Assembly: GCA_934772045.1 (NCBI GenBank)
Contig: CAKVMH010000001.1
Coordinates: forward strand, 283,646 to 307,645
DNA length: 24,000 nucleotides
DNA from: an uncultured Clostridia bacterium
GTDB taxonomy: Bacteria > Bacillota > Clostridia > Christensenellales > UBA1242
Direction: 5' to 3'
Shown piece after piece: positions 14,228 to 22,481 of the stretch (position 1 is its first letter; the number at the start of each line of letters is the position of its first letter). The notes under the pieces are model-generated. The model did not search any database. It worked only from the letters and a program-made list of their open reading frames with translations, and was not told where the DNA came from. The position numbers and the translations under genes were made by a program.

Positions 14228-17200
14228 ATGAAAAAGAAAAAGTATTTACTTTTTGTTTTGAGCTTGATTTTTTTGTGCTCAGCAATTTTTGTTTTTAATC
14301 CATTTTCTTTCAAAAGCACATCAGCTTCAACTGAAGATGGAAGTCTAAATGATTTTTTGCAGTTTGAACAGCAAATTAAGGATTTAAACAGTGAAGACGA
14401 ACTCATGTTAAACAATAACGAAACACTGTTAAATAATAACGAAAACTTGTTGTCAGTGCTAAGCGAATCCGACGATTCAAATTCGGATTTAGGCGATTCT
14501 TTAATTTTCTCAGACGATGAAAATGAAGAAAGTGAATTTTATCTTAAAAGGCTTATTGTCCAAGGCAATATCACAAACAATTTCGGTGCAACAAAGGACA
14601 TTTGTTACAAAAACCTTCACGTTTTGTGTTACCCAACTGAACAAGCAACCGCATATGCTTATGGGCAATTCAAAAAAGCAAATTACAATGTAATTATTGA
14701 TAAATATGAAACTGCCGATAGTTATGCGGATACTGATTACGACTACACTTCCTACACCGACAGCTGGAGCGCAGAAGCAATTGACGTTGGTGGCTTTAGG
14801 CAATATTTAACCGATAACAATGTGAATAATGAGGTCGTTGTAGCCGTCCTTGACACTGGCATAAACACTTCACATGAAATGTTTAAAGATAGGTTGTTAA
14901 AAGACGAAAACGGGAAAATTGTAGGCTATTCTTATTACAATTCTACATACCAATATAGCTACGATAATCTGTCATTTGATTCAAGCGACACAAGTAAATA
15001 CAGTTTTGAAGATGATGGAGGCCATGGCACACACGTTGCCGGTATAATTTGTAACCTAACACCAGCCAATGTTAAAATTTTGCCAATCAAAATCGGTAAT
15101 TCAGCTGGGAGAGGCACTAGCACTTCGATACTAACGGGATATTTAAAGGTGATAGAGGTCTATTCAAAAAAATATAACATTGTTAGCACAAATTTAAGTT
15201 TCTCTGGTGCAGGGAAAGATTCAGAAAGTGATAAAAATTTATTTAACAAGAAATGTTATGAACCATTATTGGCTTTAAACATTTTACCGATAACGGCAGC
15301 AGGGAATGAAACCAACGAAAACAACATCGAAGGGTTAAAGGCTGTGGTCGTTTCAGCCTTAGAAGAAAATAGTAAGCACTACTCATTAGCTGACTATTCA
15401 AATTATGGCAAAATTGTGGATATTTCAGCCCCAGGCACCCGTATTAATTCGGCATACATTTCAGATACAGATAGTGCGGTAACCGATGTGTATGAATCAC
15501 TTAATGGCACATCAATGGCTTCACCACAAGTTGCAGGCGCAGTGGCATTGTTAAATTTAAACCCAAGCTTTTCAAGCCTTTCCGCTTCCGAGATTGAACA
15601 AACATTGTATGATTTATCTTTAGATCTGGGTAAACCAGGGTACGATACATATTATGGGTATGGCATGCTCAACTTAAAGTATTTTGAAATGCCTAACACC
15701 CAAGCAAATTTGTCATTTTATAAAGATGGTGAGTTAATCTCCGACGAGGAAAATGAAAGCTGTATAAATTTTGAAGATAAAATGACATTGACAATCACAA
15801 GCTCGGACAAAGATTTCCAAATATTTTACACCACCGATAAAACAATACCAACAAAAGCAAAAAGCTTAAATTCTTCAATCCCTACAGCTGATTACATAGG
15901 AAGTTATACTACAGATTTGAAAGTGCCAAATATAATTTATCTTTATGTTATAGGATTAAAGGTGGTTGACAACAAAATTGTTGCCCGCACAAATTTATAC
16001 AATATTTCATTTTTTAACATTAACACCCCAATAGAAGATTGTTTTGAAATAGACAGTGATGGAACTCTGACCAATTATATTGGGAACTACAAAGAGTTAA
16101 CTATACCTGGAACAATTAAAGGTCTAGAGGTAAAAAAACTCGGATATTCGTTATTTAAAGGTTCAAACCTTCAATCTGTCACTTTGCCAGAATCATGTAC
16201 GGGTATTTCAGGATATGTGTTTAAAAATTGTAAAGATTTAAAATATATTTATGCCCCAGGGGTTGTAAAAATCTGGTTTGCTGGTTTTACGAATTGCACA
16301 TCTTTAACCTCAGTTTCCGATCAAGCTCCACCAGCAGGCACAACCACAGGCGCATATCTCCCTAATTATACTATAACTATGGGAGCAATATTTTTTAATT
16401 GTATAAATTTAAAGACTGTTAGTTTATCCAAATTAAAAGCAGTTGAATTGAAAGATTTTTATGGTTGTTCAAGTTTGGAATATGTCAACCTTCCAGCAGT
16501 TACTTCTATTGGCGACTATGGTTTTGCGTTCTGCACAAATTTAACTGGGTTTAACATTGGTGAAACATTGGAAACAATTGGCAATGGTGTTTTTGGTAAA
16601 TGTTCCAATTTAAAAACTTTCACAGTTGACGCAAATAATGCAAATTTTTATACCGATGGGCTTGGTTTATATTCTAAAGATTCACTTGTAAGCTTTGCTT
16701 CTGGCAACAAAAATATTGACTATTCAATTTTGAGTTCAGTCACTATAGGCGGTACAACTTATAACATTACTACGATTCCTGAATACGTATCAAGCGAATC
16801 AAGTTTGACAAGCTTAACTATCCCTGAGTCAATCAATTACATAGGGAAATTTGCCTTCTCTCGCATTGGCACCCTATATTACAATGCTATTAATTGTGTA
16901 TCGACCGGATATATGAGTAAAGATGCCGCTGGTGTACCTACAGTAGGTGCAGTTATTGATAATATTGGAACAATTGTTATAGGGGAGAATGTTCAGCAGG
17001 TTCCTGAAAGGCTATTCCAATGGAGTATCTTTTCTAATGTTATCATCAATTCGTATTCGACAATTTTTGGGGAATATTGTTTTCGTGGTGAAGATAAACT
17101 AAAAAATAAATTAGTGTTTAATTTTGATGAACAAATTGATTTGGATTACTTAAATATGTGTGCGGATACGGCTTTAATGATGATTGGTGGCATTAACTAT

Positions 17201-19615
17201 ATTTATGCAAAAAGGAACGATGTTCCAGTTGAATCAAATTATTGGACTTCAGCGTTAACATATAAAACCTATGATTCAGACTCGGGTTATTGGATTTACA
17301 GCAAAACAAAACTTGAGACAAACAGTCACACTATAACCACAAGTACAAACGGCAATGGCACAATAACTCCGTCAGGAAATGTCTCCGTCAATGAAGGGAC
17401 AAGCCAAACCTTCACATTTGAACCAAACGTCGGTTACCGCGTAAAGAGCGTGATTGTTGACGGTGTAGCCTTAGAGGGCGAAGAATTAACAAATGCGATA
17501 AGCGATGGTTACACATTTACAAATGTTACTGAGAACCACGCAATTACTGTTGAATTTGAAATACAAACTTTCACAATTAAAGCCAGTGCTGGTGTCAATG
17601 GTTCAATCAGCGACGTTGGTGATAACGAAGTAAATTATGGTGACAGCAAAAAGTTTACATTCACGGCTAACACTGGATACTATGTAAAAAGCATAATAGT
17701 TGACGGCACACCTTTATCAGAAACAGCCTTAGAAAATGCCATTAACAATGGTTACACATTCACAAACGTTACCCAAAACCACACTATTAGTGTTGAGTTT
17801 GAAATACAAACTTTCACAGTTTCGGCTTCAAAAGTGGGCGGTGGAACGATAAGCCCAAGTGGAAACATCTCAGTAGATTTTGGGTCTAGCCTGACTTTCA
17901 CATTTACGGTGGGCGCAGATTACCATATAAAGAGTTTGACTGTTGACGGCGTAGAATTAACAGAAGAGGCATTAGTGGACGCCATCAACAATGGATATAC
18001 ATTTACAAATATAAGCGAAAATCACACTATTAAAATAGTGTTTGAAATTGACAGTTACCTAATTACGGCCAGCGCGGGCGATAATGGCGCGATTAGTCCG
18101 TCTGGGAGCGTGCCTGTAGACGCTGGAGCAAATCAAACATTTACATTCACGCCTGACATTGGCTACAAAATCGGCAACATACAAGTTGACGGCGAAGATT
18201 TGGGCGAAATTCCTAGCTACACTTTTAAAAATGTTAAAGAACAACATACAATATCTGTAAGTTTTGTTAAAATTGTTAGCACAATCACCGCAACAGCTGG
18301 CAAAAATGGCACGATTTCCTCATCTGGAACACAAAGCATAGAGTATGGTGAAAGTGTCACTTACATATTTAAACCGAATACTGGCTACAAGGTTAAAGAT
18401 GTTCTGGTTAATGGTGAATCGAAGGGTGCTATCGAAAGTTACACATTCAGCGATGTTTTAACGGATCAAACAATTCATGTAGAATTTGAAAAAAAAGTTT
18501 TAACAATCAATGTCATATGCGGTGAACATGGCAGTATTGCACCAACCGGAACTAATGGCGTTGTAAATGTTGAGTATGGTGATAGTATAACATTTACGAT
18601 TACTCCAGACGAAGGATATGGGATTGACTACATCAAATTAAACGATGTTGAAATTGACATTAAAGACACTATTGTTTTTGGAAATGTAACAGAAAATCAA
18701 AAGATTGAAGTTGTTTTCACAAATAGTTATTTAATCAGTTCGGATGTTAGTGCTGGCAACGGTACAATTACACAATCAACAATGGTTGGATATGGCGACA
18801 GTGTAACATTTACAATCACACCAGATGAAGGGTACAATATTAAAGATGTCAAAATTGACGGTGTTAGTGTGGGTGCAGTAAGTTCTTACATTTTCACCAA
18901 TGTTAAAAAGGTTTACACAATCTCGGTTGAATTTGAAATTAAAAAATTCAATATAACTGTCAATGTGGAAGGACAAGGAAATTTAAGTTGCGATAGCACA
19001 CTTGAAAATGTACCTTACGGCGAAAGCAGAGTGTTTACAATTTCCGCCTACGAAGGCTGGGAGTTTAACAAAGTTTATGTAAATGAAGAGGTTATTGATG
19101 TTAGCAACAACGCGTTGACAATAAGTCAAATTGATAAGGATATAACCATTCGAGCAGTGTTCACTGAAAAGGTTAAAGAACCAGTAATCGAACCTGAAAC
19201 AGATAACAAAACCACAACAAACAGCGTTGACACAACAACTATTGCAATTATTTGTGGTTCTGCAGTGTTTGCTTTATTGTTGGCAGGGGTGCTTATAAAA
19301 GTCTTTAAAAATAAAAATAGGAAAACTGCAATAACTTTGTCCACTCCAAATGAAACAATTAATAATGTTCAACCACAGCCGGACAACGCATACAGTGAGC
19401 CAAGCCAATCTCAACCGGCAAATTATGTTGAGCAGGTGCAAGACCCATGGTTATTGCAGGCAAGAAATTTTGCTCAAAGTAGGCAAAACGACTTTATTGC
19501 ATTCTGCAATAGGTATAGCCTTGATTACAGCAATAATTACGATAAAGCAGTTTCATCGTATTATCGGGCTTATTTAAAGTATTTACAATCAAAAAATCCA
19601 TCTAATAAAAATTGA
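14228..19615 (+). CDS. Giant membrane-anchored surface subtilisin: signal peptide, propeptide-like region, S8 domain, chitobiase-C-like domain, BspA-type LRRs, 8 tandem Ig-like repeats, TM helix and cytoplasmic tail (1795 aa)
   Basis: Catalytic triad in subtilisin context: VAVLDTGIN (Asp, 14852-14854), HGTHVAGII (His, 15023-15025), NGTSMASPQVAG (Ser, 15512-15514), plus AAGNE. QIFYTTDKTIPT is a chitobiase/Fn3-associated motif. The LRR_5/BspA-like region lies at about 16040-17120 (F..C..L..V.LP). Repeats at 17327-19171, TM at 19241-19297. Start ATG 14228 has an AGGGG SD 7 nt upstream. Confidence 0.9.
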   Translation: MKKKKYLLFVLSLIFLCSAIFVFNPFSFKSTSASTEDGSLNDFLQFEQQIKDLNSEDELMLNNNETLLNNNENLLSVLSESDDSNSDLGDSLIFSDDENEESEFYLKRLIVQGNITNNFGATKDICYKNLHVLCYPTEQATAYAYGQFKKANYNVIIDKYETADSYADTDYDYTSYTDSWSAEAIDVGGFRQYLTDNNVNNEVVVAVLDTGINTSHEMFKDRLLKDENGKIVGYSYYNSTYQYSYDNLSFDSSDTSKYSFEDDGGHGTHVAGIICNLTPANVKILPIKIGNSAGRGTSTSILTGYLKVIEVYSKKYNIVSTNLSFSGAGKDSESDKNLFNKKCYEPLLALNILPITAAGNETNENNIEGLKAVVVSALEENSKHYSLADYSNYGKIVDISAPGTRINSAYISDTDSAVTDVYESLNGTSMASPQVAGAVALLNLNPSFSSLSASEIEQTLYDLSLDLGKPGYDTYYGYGMLNLKYFEMPNTQANLSFYKDGELISDEENESCINFEDKMTLTITSSDKDFQIFYTTDKTIPTKAKSLNSSIPTADYIGSYTTDLKVPNIIYLYVIGLKVVDNKIVARTNLYNISFFNINTPIEDCFEIDSDGTLTNYIGNYKELTIPGTIKGLEVKKLGYSLFKGSNLQSVTLPESCTGISGYVFKNCKDLKYIYAPGVVKIWFAGFTNCTSLTSVSDQAPPAGTTTGAYLPNYTITMGAIFFNCINLKTVSLSKLKAVELKDFYGCSSLEYVNLPAVTSIGDYGFAFCTNLTGFNIGETLETIGNGVFGKCSNLKTFTVDANNANFYTDGLGLYSKDSLVSFASGNKNIDYSILSSVTIGGTTYNITTIPEYVSSESSLTSLTIPESINYIGKFAFSRIGTLYYNAINCVSTGYMSKDAAGVPTVGAVIDNIGTIVIGENVQQVPERLFQWSIFSNVIINSYSTIFGEYCFRGEDKLKNKLVFNFDEQIDLDYLNMCADTALMMIGGINYIYAKRNDVPVESNYWTSALTYKTYDSDSGYWIYSKTKLETNSHTITTSTNGNGTITPSGNVSVNEGTSQTFTFEPNVGYRVKSVIVDGVALEGEELTNAISDGYTFTNVTENHAITVEFEIQTFTIKASAGVNGSISDVGDNEVNYGDSKKFTFTANTGYYVKSIIVDGTPLSETALENAINNGYTFTNVTQNHTISVEFEIQTFTVSASKVGGGTISPSGNISVDFGSSLTFTFTVGADYHIKSLTVDGVELTEEALVDAINNGYTFTNISENHTIKIVFEIDSYLITASAGDNGAISPSGSVPVDAGANQTFTFTPDIGYKIGNIQVDGEDLGEIPSYTFKNVKEQHTISVSFVKIVSTITATAGKNGTISSSGTQSIEYGESVTYIFKPNTGYKVKDVLVNGESKGAIESYTFSDVLTDQTIHVEFEKKVLTINVICGEHGSIAPTGTNGVVNVEYGDSITFTITPDEGYGIDYIKLNDVEIDIKDTIVFGNVTENQKIEVVFTNSYLISSDVSAGNGTITQSTMVGYGDSVTFTITPDEGYNIKDVKIDGVSVGAVSSYIFTNVKKVYTISVEFEIKKFNITVNVEGQGNLSCDSTLENVPYGESRVFTISAYEGWEFNKVYVNEEVIDVSNNALTISQIDKDITIRAVFTEKVKEPVIEPETDNKTTTNSVDTTTIAIICGSAVFALLLAGVLIKVFKNKNRKTAITLSTPNETINNVQPQPDNAYSEPSQSQPANYVEQVQDPWLLQARNFAQSRQNDFIAFCNRYSLDYSNNYDKAVSSYYRAYLKYLQSKNPSNKN
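17327..19171 (+). repeat. Intragenic array of eight tandem ~74-83-aa domains (divergent InlB B-repeat / bacterial Ig-like type)
   Basis: Each unit follows the pattern (F/Y/L)T(I/V)..S.G.NG.I.P.G...V..G.S.TFT..P..GY.(V/I)K...VDG......YTF.NV...H.I.VEFE. Units 1-3 share near-identical 3' ends (NGYTFTNVT[E/Q]NH.I.VEFEIQTFT). Confidence 0.85.
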
Positions 19616-19629
19616 TGTGATAACATTAA

Positions 19630-19657
19630 AAGGTAACTTTAATAGGTTGCCTTTTTT
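19630..19657 (+). terminator. Intrinsic terminator of the S8 protease gene
   Basis: AAGGTAAC (19630-19637) / GTTGCCTT (19646-19653) with one G-U pair, 8-nt loop, then TTTT. Confidence 0.7.
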
Positions 19658-19828
19658 GTCGTTATTGTAAAATATGTTGCAATATTGCTTCTAAATTTCT
19701 ATGTGTCTTCAATTTAATGCAGTTCAAATGCTTGGGCTATTAGTATATATTACTAAGCAAAATGAAAGCAAATTAAGTGCTCTATACAATATGAAAATAT
19801 TTAAACAAAAATCAAATTTTTAAAACAC

Positions 19829-19857
19829 TTGTTAAATTTGTACATTTGATGTAAAAT
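19829..19857 (+). promoter_or_regulatory. uvrB promoter, leaderless configuration
   Basis: TTGTTA (19829-19834), 17-nt spacer, TAAAAT (19852-19857), then 6 nt (AAAACT) to ATG 19864. No SD. Confidence 0.6.
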
Positions 19858-19863
19858 AAAACT

Positions 19864-21819
19864 ATGGAATATAGGAAATTTGAACTTAAATCTAAATACA
19901 AACCAACAGGTGACCAACCACAAGCGATTGCGTCATTGGTTGAGGGTATAAACGATGGATTGACCAGCCAAGTTTTAAAAGGCGTAACCGGAAGTGGCAA
20001 AACTTTTACAATGGCAAATGTCATTGCGCAAGTGAACCGTCCAACTTTGGTGCTTGCACATAACAAAACTTTGGCTGCACAATTGTGTAATGAGTTTAGG
20101 GAGTTTTTCCCTAACAATAGGGTTGAATTTTTTGTTTCGTATTACGATTATTATCAGCCAGAAGCCTACATTGTTTCAAGCGATACCTATATTGAAAAGG
20201 ATATGAGCGTAAACGACGAAATTGACAAGCTTCGTTTGAGTGCCACCAGCAGTTTGCTTGAAAGGAGCGATACAATTGTTGTTGCGTCAGTTTCGTGTAT
20301 TTATGGTTTAGGTGAACCAAAAGAGTTTTTAGATTTACACATTTCTTTGCGTGTTGGTGACAAAATGCCACGTGAAGAGCTTATTAAAAGGCTTATCAGC
20401 ATACAATATGAACGCAACGATGTAGATTTCCATCGAAGCACCTTCCGCGCACGCGGGGATGTTGTGGATATTTTCCCAGCCGACAGCAGTGAACACGCTA
20501 TTCGTGTTGAATTTTTTGATGACGAAATTGAAGCAATAAGCGAATTTGAAGTGGTGACAGGGCATGTTATCGACAGGTTAAAGCATGCTTCAATTTTCCC
20601 TGCAAGCCACTATGCGGTGGGGAGCGAAAAATTGCAACAGGCACTCGAACAAATTAAAACCGACGCCAATGCGCGTGAACAATTCTTTGCAGAACAAGGT
20701 AAATATATTGAAGCACAACGAATTAAGGAACGCACCAATTACGACATTGAAATGATGCAAGAAATGGGCTATTGTTCGGGTATTGAAAACTATTCGCGCT
20801 ATTTTGATGGGCGTGAACCAGGCGAACCACCTTACACTTTGCTCGATTATTTCCCAAAAGGTTTCTTGCTTTTTGTGGACGAAAGCCACATAACGCTTCC
20901 ACAAGTGCGCGGTATGTATAATGGCGACCGTGCGCGCAAAACAAGCCTTGTAGATTATGGTTTCCGTTTGCCAAGTGCGTATGACAACCGTCCACTCAAT
21001 TTTGAAGAGTTTAATAGGCGCATTGGTCAAGCAATTTATGTTTCAGCCACACCAAATGAGTATGAATTGGGGCTTTCTGGCAACACTGTTGAGCAAATTA
21101 TCCGCCCAACTTACTTGTTGGATCCTGAAATTGAAGTTCGTCCAAGCAATGGGCAAGTGGATAATTTATTTGATGAAATTACAAAAACAGTTGCTAAAAA
21201 AGGTAAAGTTTTGGTGACCACTTTAACCAAGAAAATGGCGGAAGATTTATGCACATATTTTGGTGAAAATGGTGTTCGTGTTAAATACTTGCACAGCGAC
21301 ATTGACACACTTGAACGCGTTAAAATCATCAACGAATTGCGTGCAGATGAATTTGACGTTTTAGTGGGCATAAATTTGTTGCGTGAAGGGTTAGATTTGC
21401 CAGAAGTTACATTGGTTGCCATTTTAGATGCAGACAAAGAAGGCTTTTTAAGGAGTGCCACATCATTAATTCAAATCATTGGTAGGGCAGCGCGTAACAG
21501 TGAAAGTAAGGTTATAATGTACGCTGACAGCATAACAGAAAGCATGAAGAAGGCCATCGATGAAACAAATTATAGGCGCGCAAAACAACAGGCTTATAAT
21601 GAAGAACATCATGTCAAACCTATGACAATCAAAAAAGGAATTGTCGACTCACTTAAAATTAGGATAGATGACGATAACAAAAAGATGACCAAGCCAGAAA
21701 TTGCAAAACAAATTGAGCAAATGAAAGGCATGATGAATACTGCATCAAGCCAACTCGACTTTGAAACCGCAATAAAACTGCGCGACGAAATTGCAAAACT
21801 AAAACGCAAACTCCGCTAA
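19864..21819 (+). CDS. uvrB: Excinuclease ABC subunit B
   Basis: 651 aa. [10 protein letters not shown], Walker [15 protein letters not shown] box ([10 protein letters not shown]), helicase motifs [10 protein letters not shown] and GRAARN, and the C-terminal UVR domain ([17 protein letters not shown]). Confidence 0.97.
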   Translation: MEYRKFELKSKYKPTGDQPQAIASLVEGINDGLTSQVLKGVTGSGKTFTMANVIAQVNRPTLVLAHNKTLAAQLCNEFREFFPNNRVEFFVSYYDYYQPEAYIVSSDTYIEKDMSVNDEIDKLRLSATSSLLERSDTIVVASVSCIYGLGEPKEFLDLHISLRVGDKMPREELIKRLISIQYERNDVDFHRSTFRARGDVVDIFPADSSEHAIRVEFFDDEIEAISEFEVVTGHVIDRLKHASIFPASHYAVGSEKLQQALEQIKTDANAREQFFAEQGKYIEAQRIKERTNYDIEMMQEMGYCSGIENYSRYFDGREPGEPPYTLLDYFPKGFLLFVDESHITLPQVRGMYNGDRARKTSLVDYGFRLPSAYDNRPLNFEEFNRRIGQAIYVSATPNEYELGLSGNTVEQIIRPTYLLDPEIEVRPSNGQVDNLFDEITKTVAKKGKVLVTTLTKKMAEDLCTYFGENGVRVKYLHSDIDTLERVKIINELRADEFDVLVGINLLREGLDLPEVTLVAILDADKEGFLRSATSLIQIIGRAARNSESKVIMYADSITESMKKAIDETNYRRAKQQAYNEEHHVKPMTIKKGIVDSLKIRIDDDNKKMTKPEIAKQIEQMKGMMNTASSQLDFETAIKLRDEIAKLKRKLR

Positions 21820-21830
21820 GTATTAATTTT

Positions 21831-21861
21831 AAAAATGCACCAATTTCTTGGTGTATTTTTT
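21831..21861 (+). terminator. Intrinsic terminator of uvrB
   Basis: AAAAATGCACCAA (21831-21843) / TTGGTGTATTTTT (21848-21860), loop TTTC, one G-U pair, with a trailing T-run. Confidence 0.75.
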
Positions 21862-21949
21862 CATATTCAAAAAACATCACTTACATCTTTAGTCGAAGAA
21901 AAGCAATTATTCATGTTCCTTTTGATGTGTGGAAAAGAGTGCTAAAATG

Positions 21950-22075
21950 AGTGCGAAAATTAATAAAAATAATAAAAAATAAATAAAAAATGCGAAAAAT
22001 CATAAAAAATTAATAAAAAAATGATAAAATAAATAAAATTTTTTAATTTTTAATAATTTTTATTTTAATTTTTTA
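21950..22075. repeat. Helically phased A-tract / T-tract block (intrinsically curved DNA) within a ~500-bp extreme-AT intergenic region
   Basis: Nine A4-A7 tracts recur about every 10 bp from 21955 to 22038, switching to phased T-tracts at 22039-22075. G+C is 4/60 in 21961-22020 and 1/60 in 22021-22080. Confidence 0.7.
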
Positions 22076-22338
22076 ATTAAAAAACGAATTTTATTTTGAA
22101 TATTTTTTTGAACCTGTTTTTATTTATAATTTTTTATTTTCGTATTTCGTTTAGTTTGCTTAAATTTAAGGAAAAAATGAAATTTTAAAAATATTTGAAT
22201 AAAATTAATTAATTTTTCAATTTTTCACCGATTAATTAAAAAATTAATTTAACTTTAACAAAATTAAATTTTTGATAACATTCAAATAATATTCAAAAAA
22301 ATTAGTTTCTTTTATTTATATATTTTTAATACAATTGT

Positions 22339-22367
22339 TTGATTTTTTTGTCGAAATAGTATAAAAT
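22339..22367 (+). promoter_or_regulatory. Candidate promoter for the downstream surface-protein gene
   Basis: TTGATT (22339-22344), 17-nt spacer containing a T7 run, TAAAAT (22362-22367). An alternative is TTGACA 22412-22417 with a weak TTAAAT 18 nt downstream. Both are weakly supported in this AT-rich context. Confidence 0.3.
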
Positions 22368-22398
22368 ACTATTAAGTAAATTTAATGATTTTGGCGTG

Positions 22399-22431
22399 AT
22401 TTAGTTTGGCTTGACAACAAACTAAATTTTT
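22399..22431 (+). terminator. Terminator-like hairpin in the leader of the surface-protein gene (possible attenuator)
   Basis: Perfect 10-bp stem ATTTAGTTTG (22399-22408) / CAAACTAAAT (22418-22427), 9-nt loop GCTTGACAA, then TTTT. It lies 50 nt upstream of the start codon. Confidence 0.45.
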
Positions 22432-22481
22432 GCAATTAAATTGAAATATTTACTTTAACGATGAAATTTGGAGATGCGTGT

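Noticed and set aside
13889-14415. ORFs 13889..14161 (+), 14016..14231 (+) and 14170..14415 (-)
   Set aside because: They are translations of the hairpin and tandem repeats (giving strings like LRMTD and CFY.YK repeats) or are antisense to the protease 5' end. None has an RBS or a recognisable domain.
19823-19837. LexA/Cheo (SOS) box at the uvrB promoter
   Set aside because: AAAACACTTGTTAA matches only AAC-N4-GTT of the Bacillus consensus CGAAC-N4-GTTCG. That is too degenerate to call, though its overlap with the -35 box makes it worth testing.
19812-21880. Multiple minus-strand and alternative-frame ORFs within uvrB (for example 20590..21030, 21111..21461, 20957..21217)
   Set aside because: They are shadow ORFs of a confidently identified uvrB.
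21947-21982. Mini-ORF MSAKINKNNKK in the AT-rich tract
   Set aside because: It is a product of A-tract composition, with no RBS.
22461-22481. In-frame upstream ATG (22461) as start of the surface protein
   Set aside because: It has no SD, and the GGAG at 22470-22473 would then be inside the coding region. ATG 22482 is correctly spaced from that SD.
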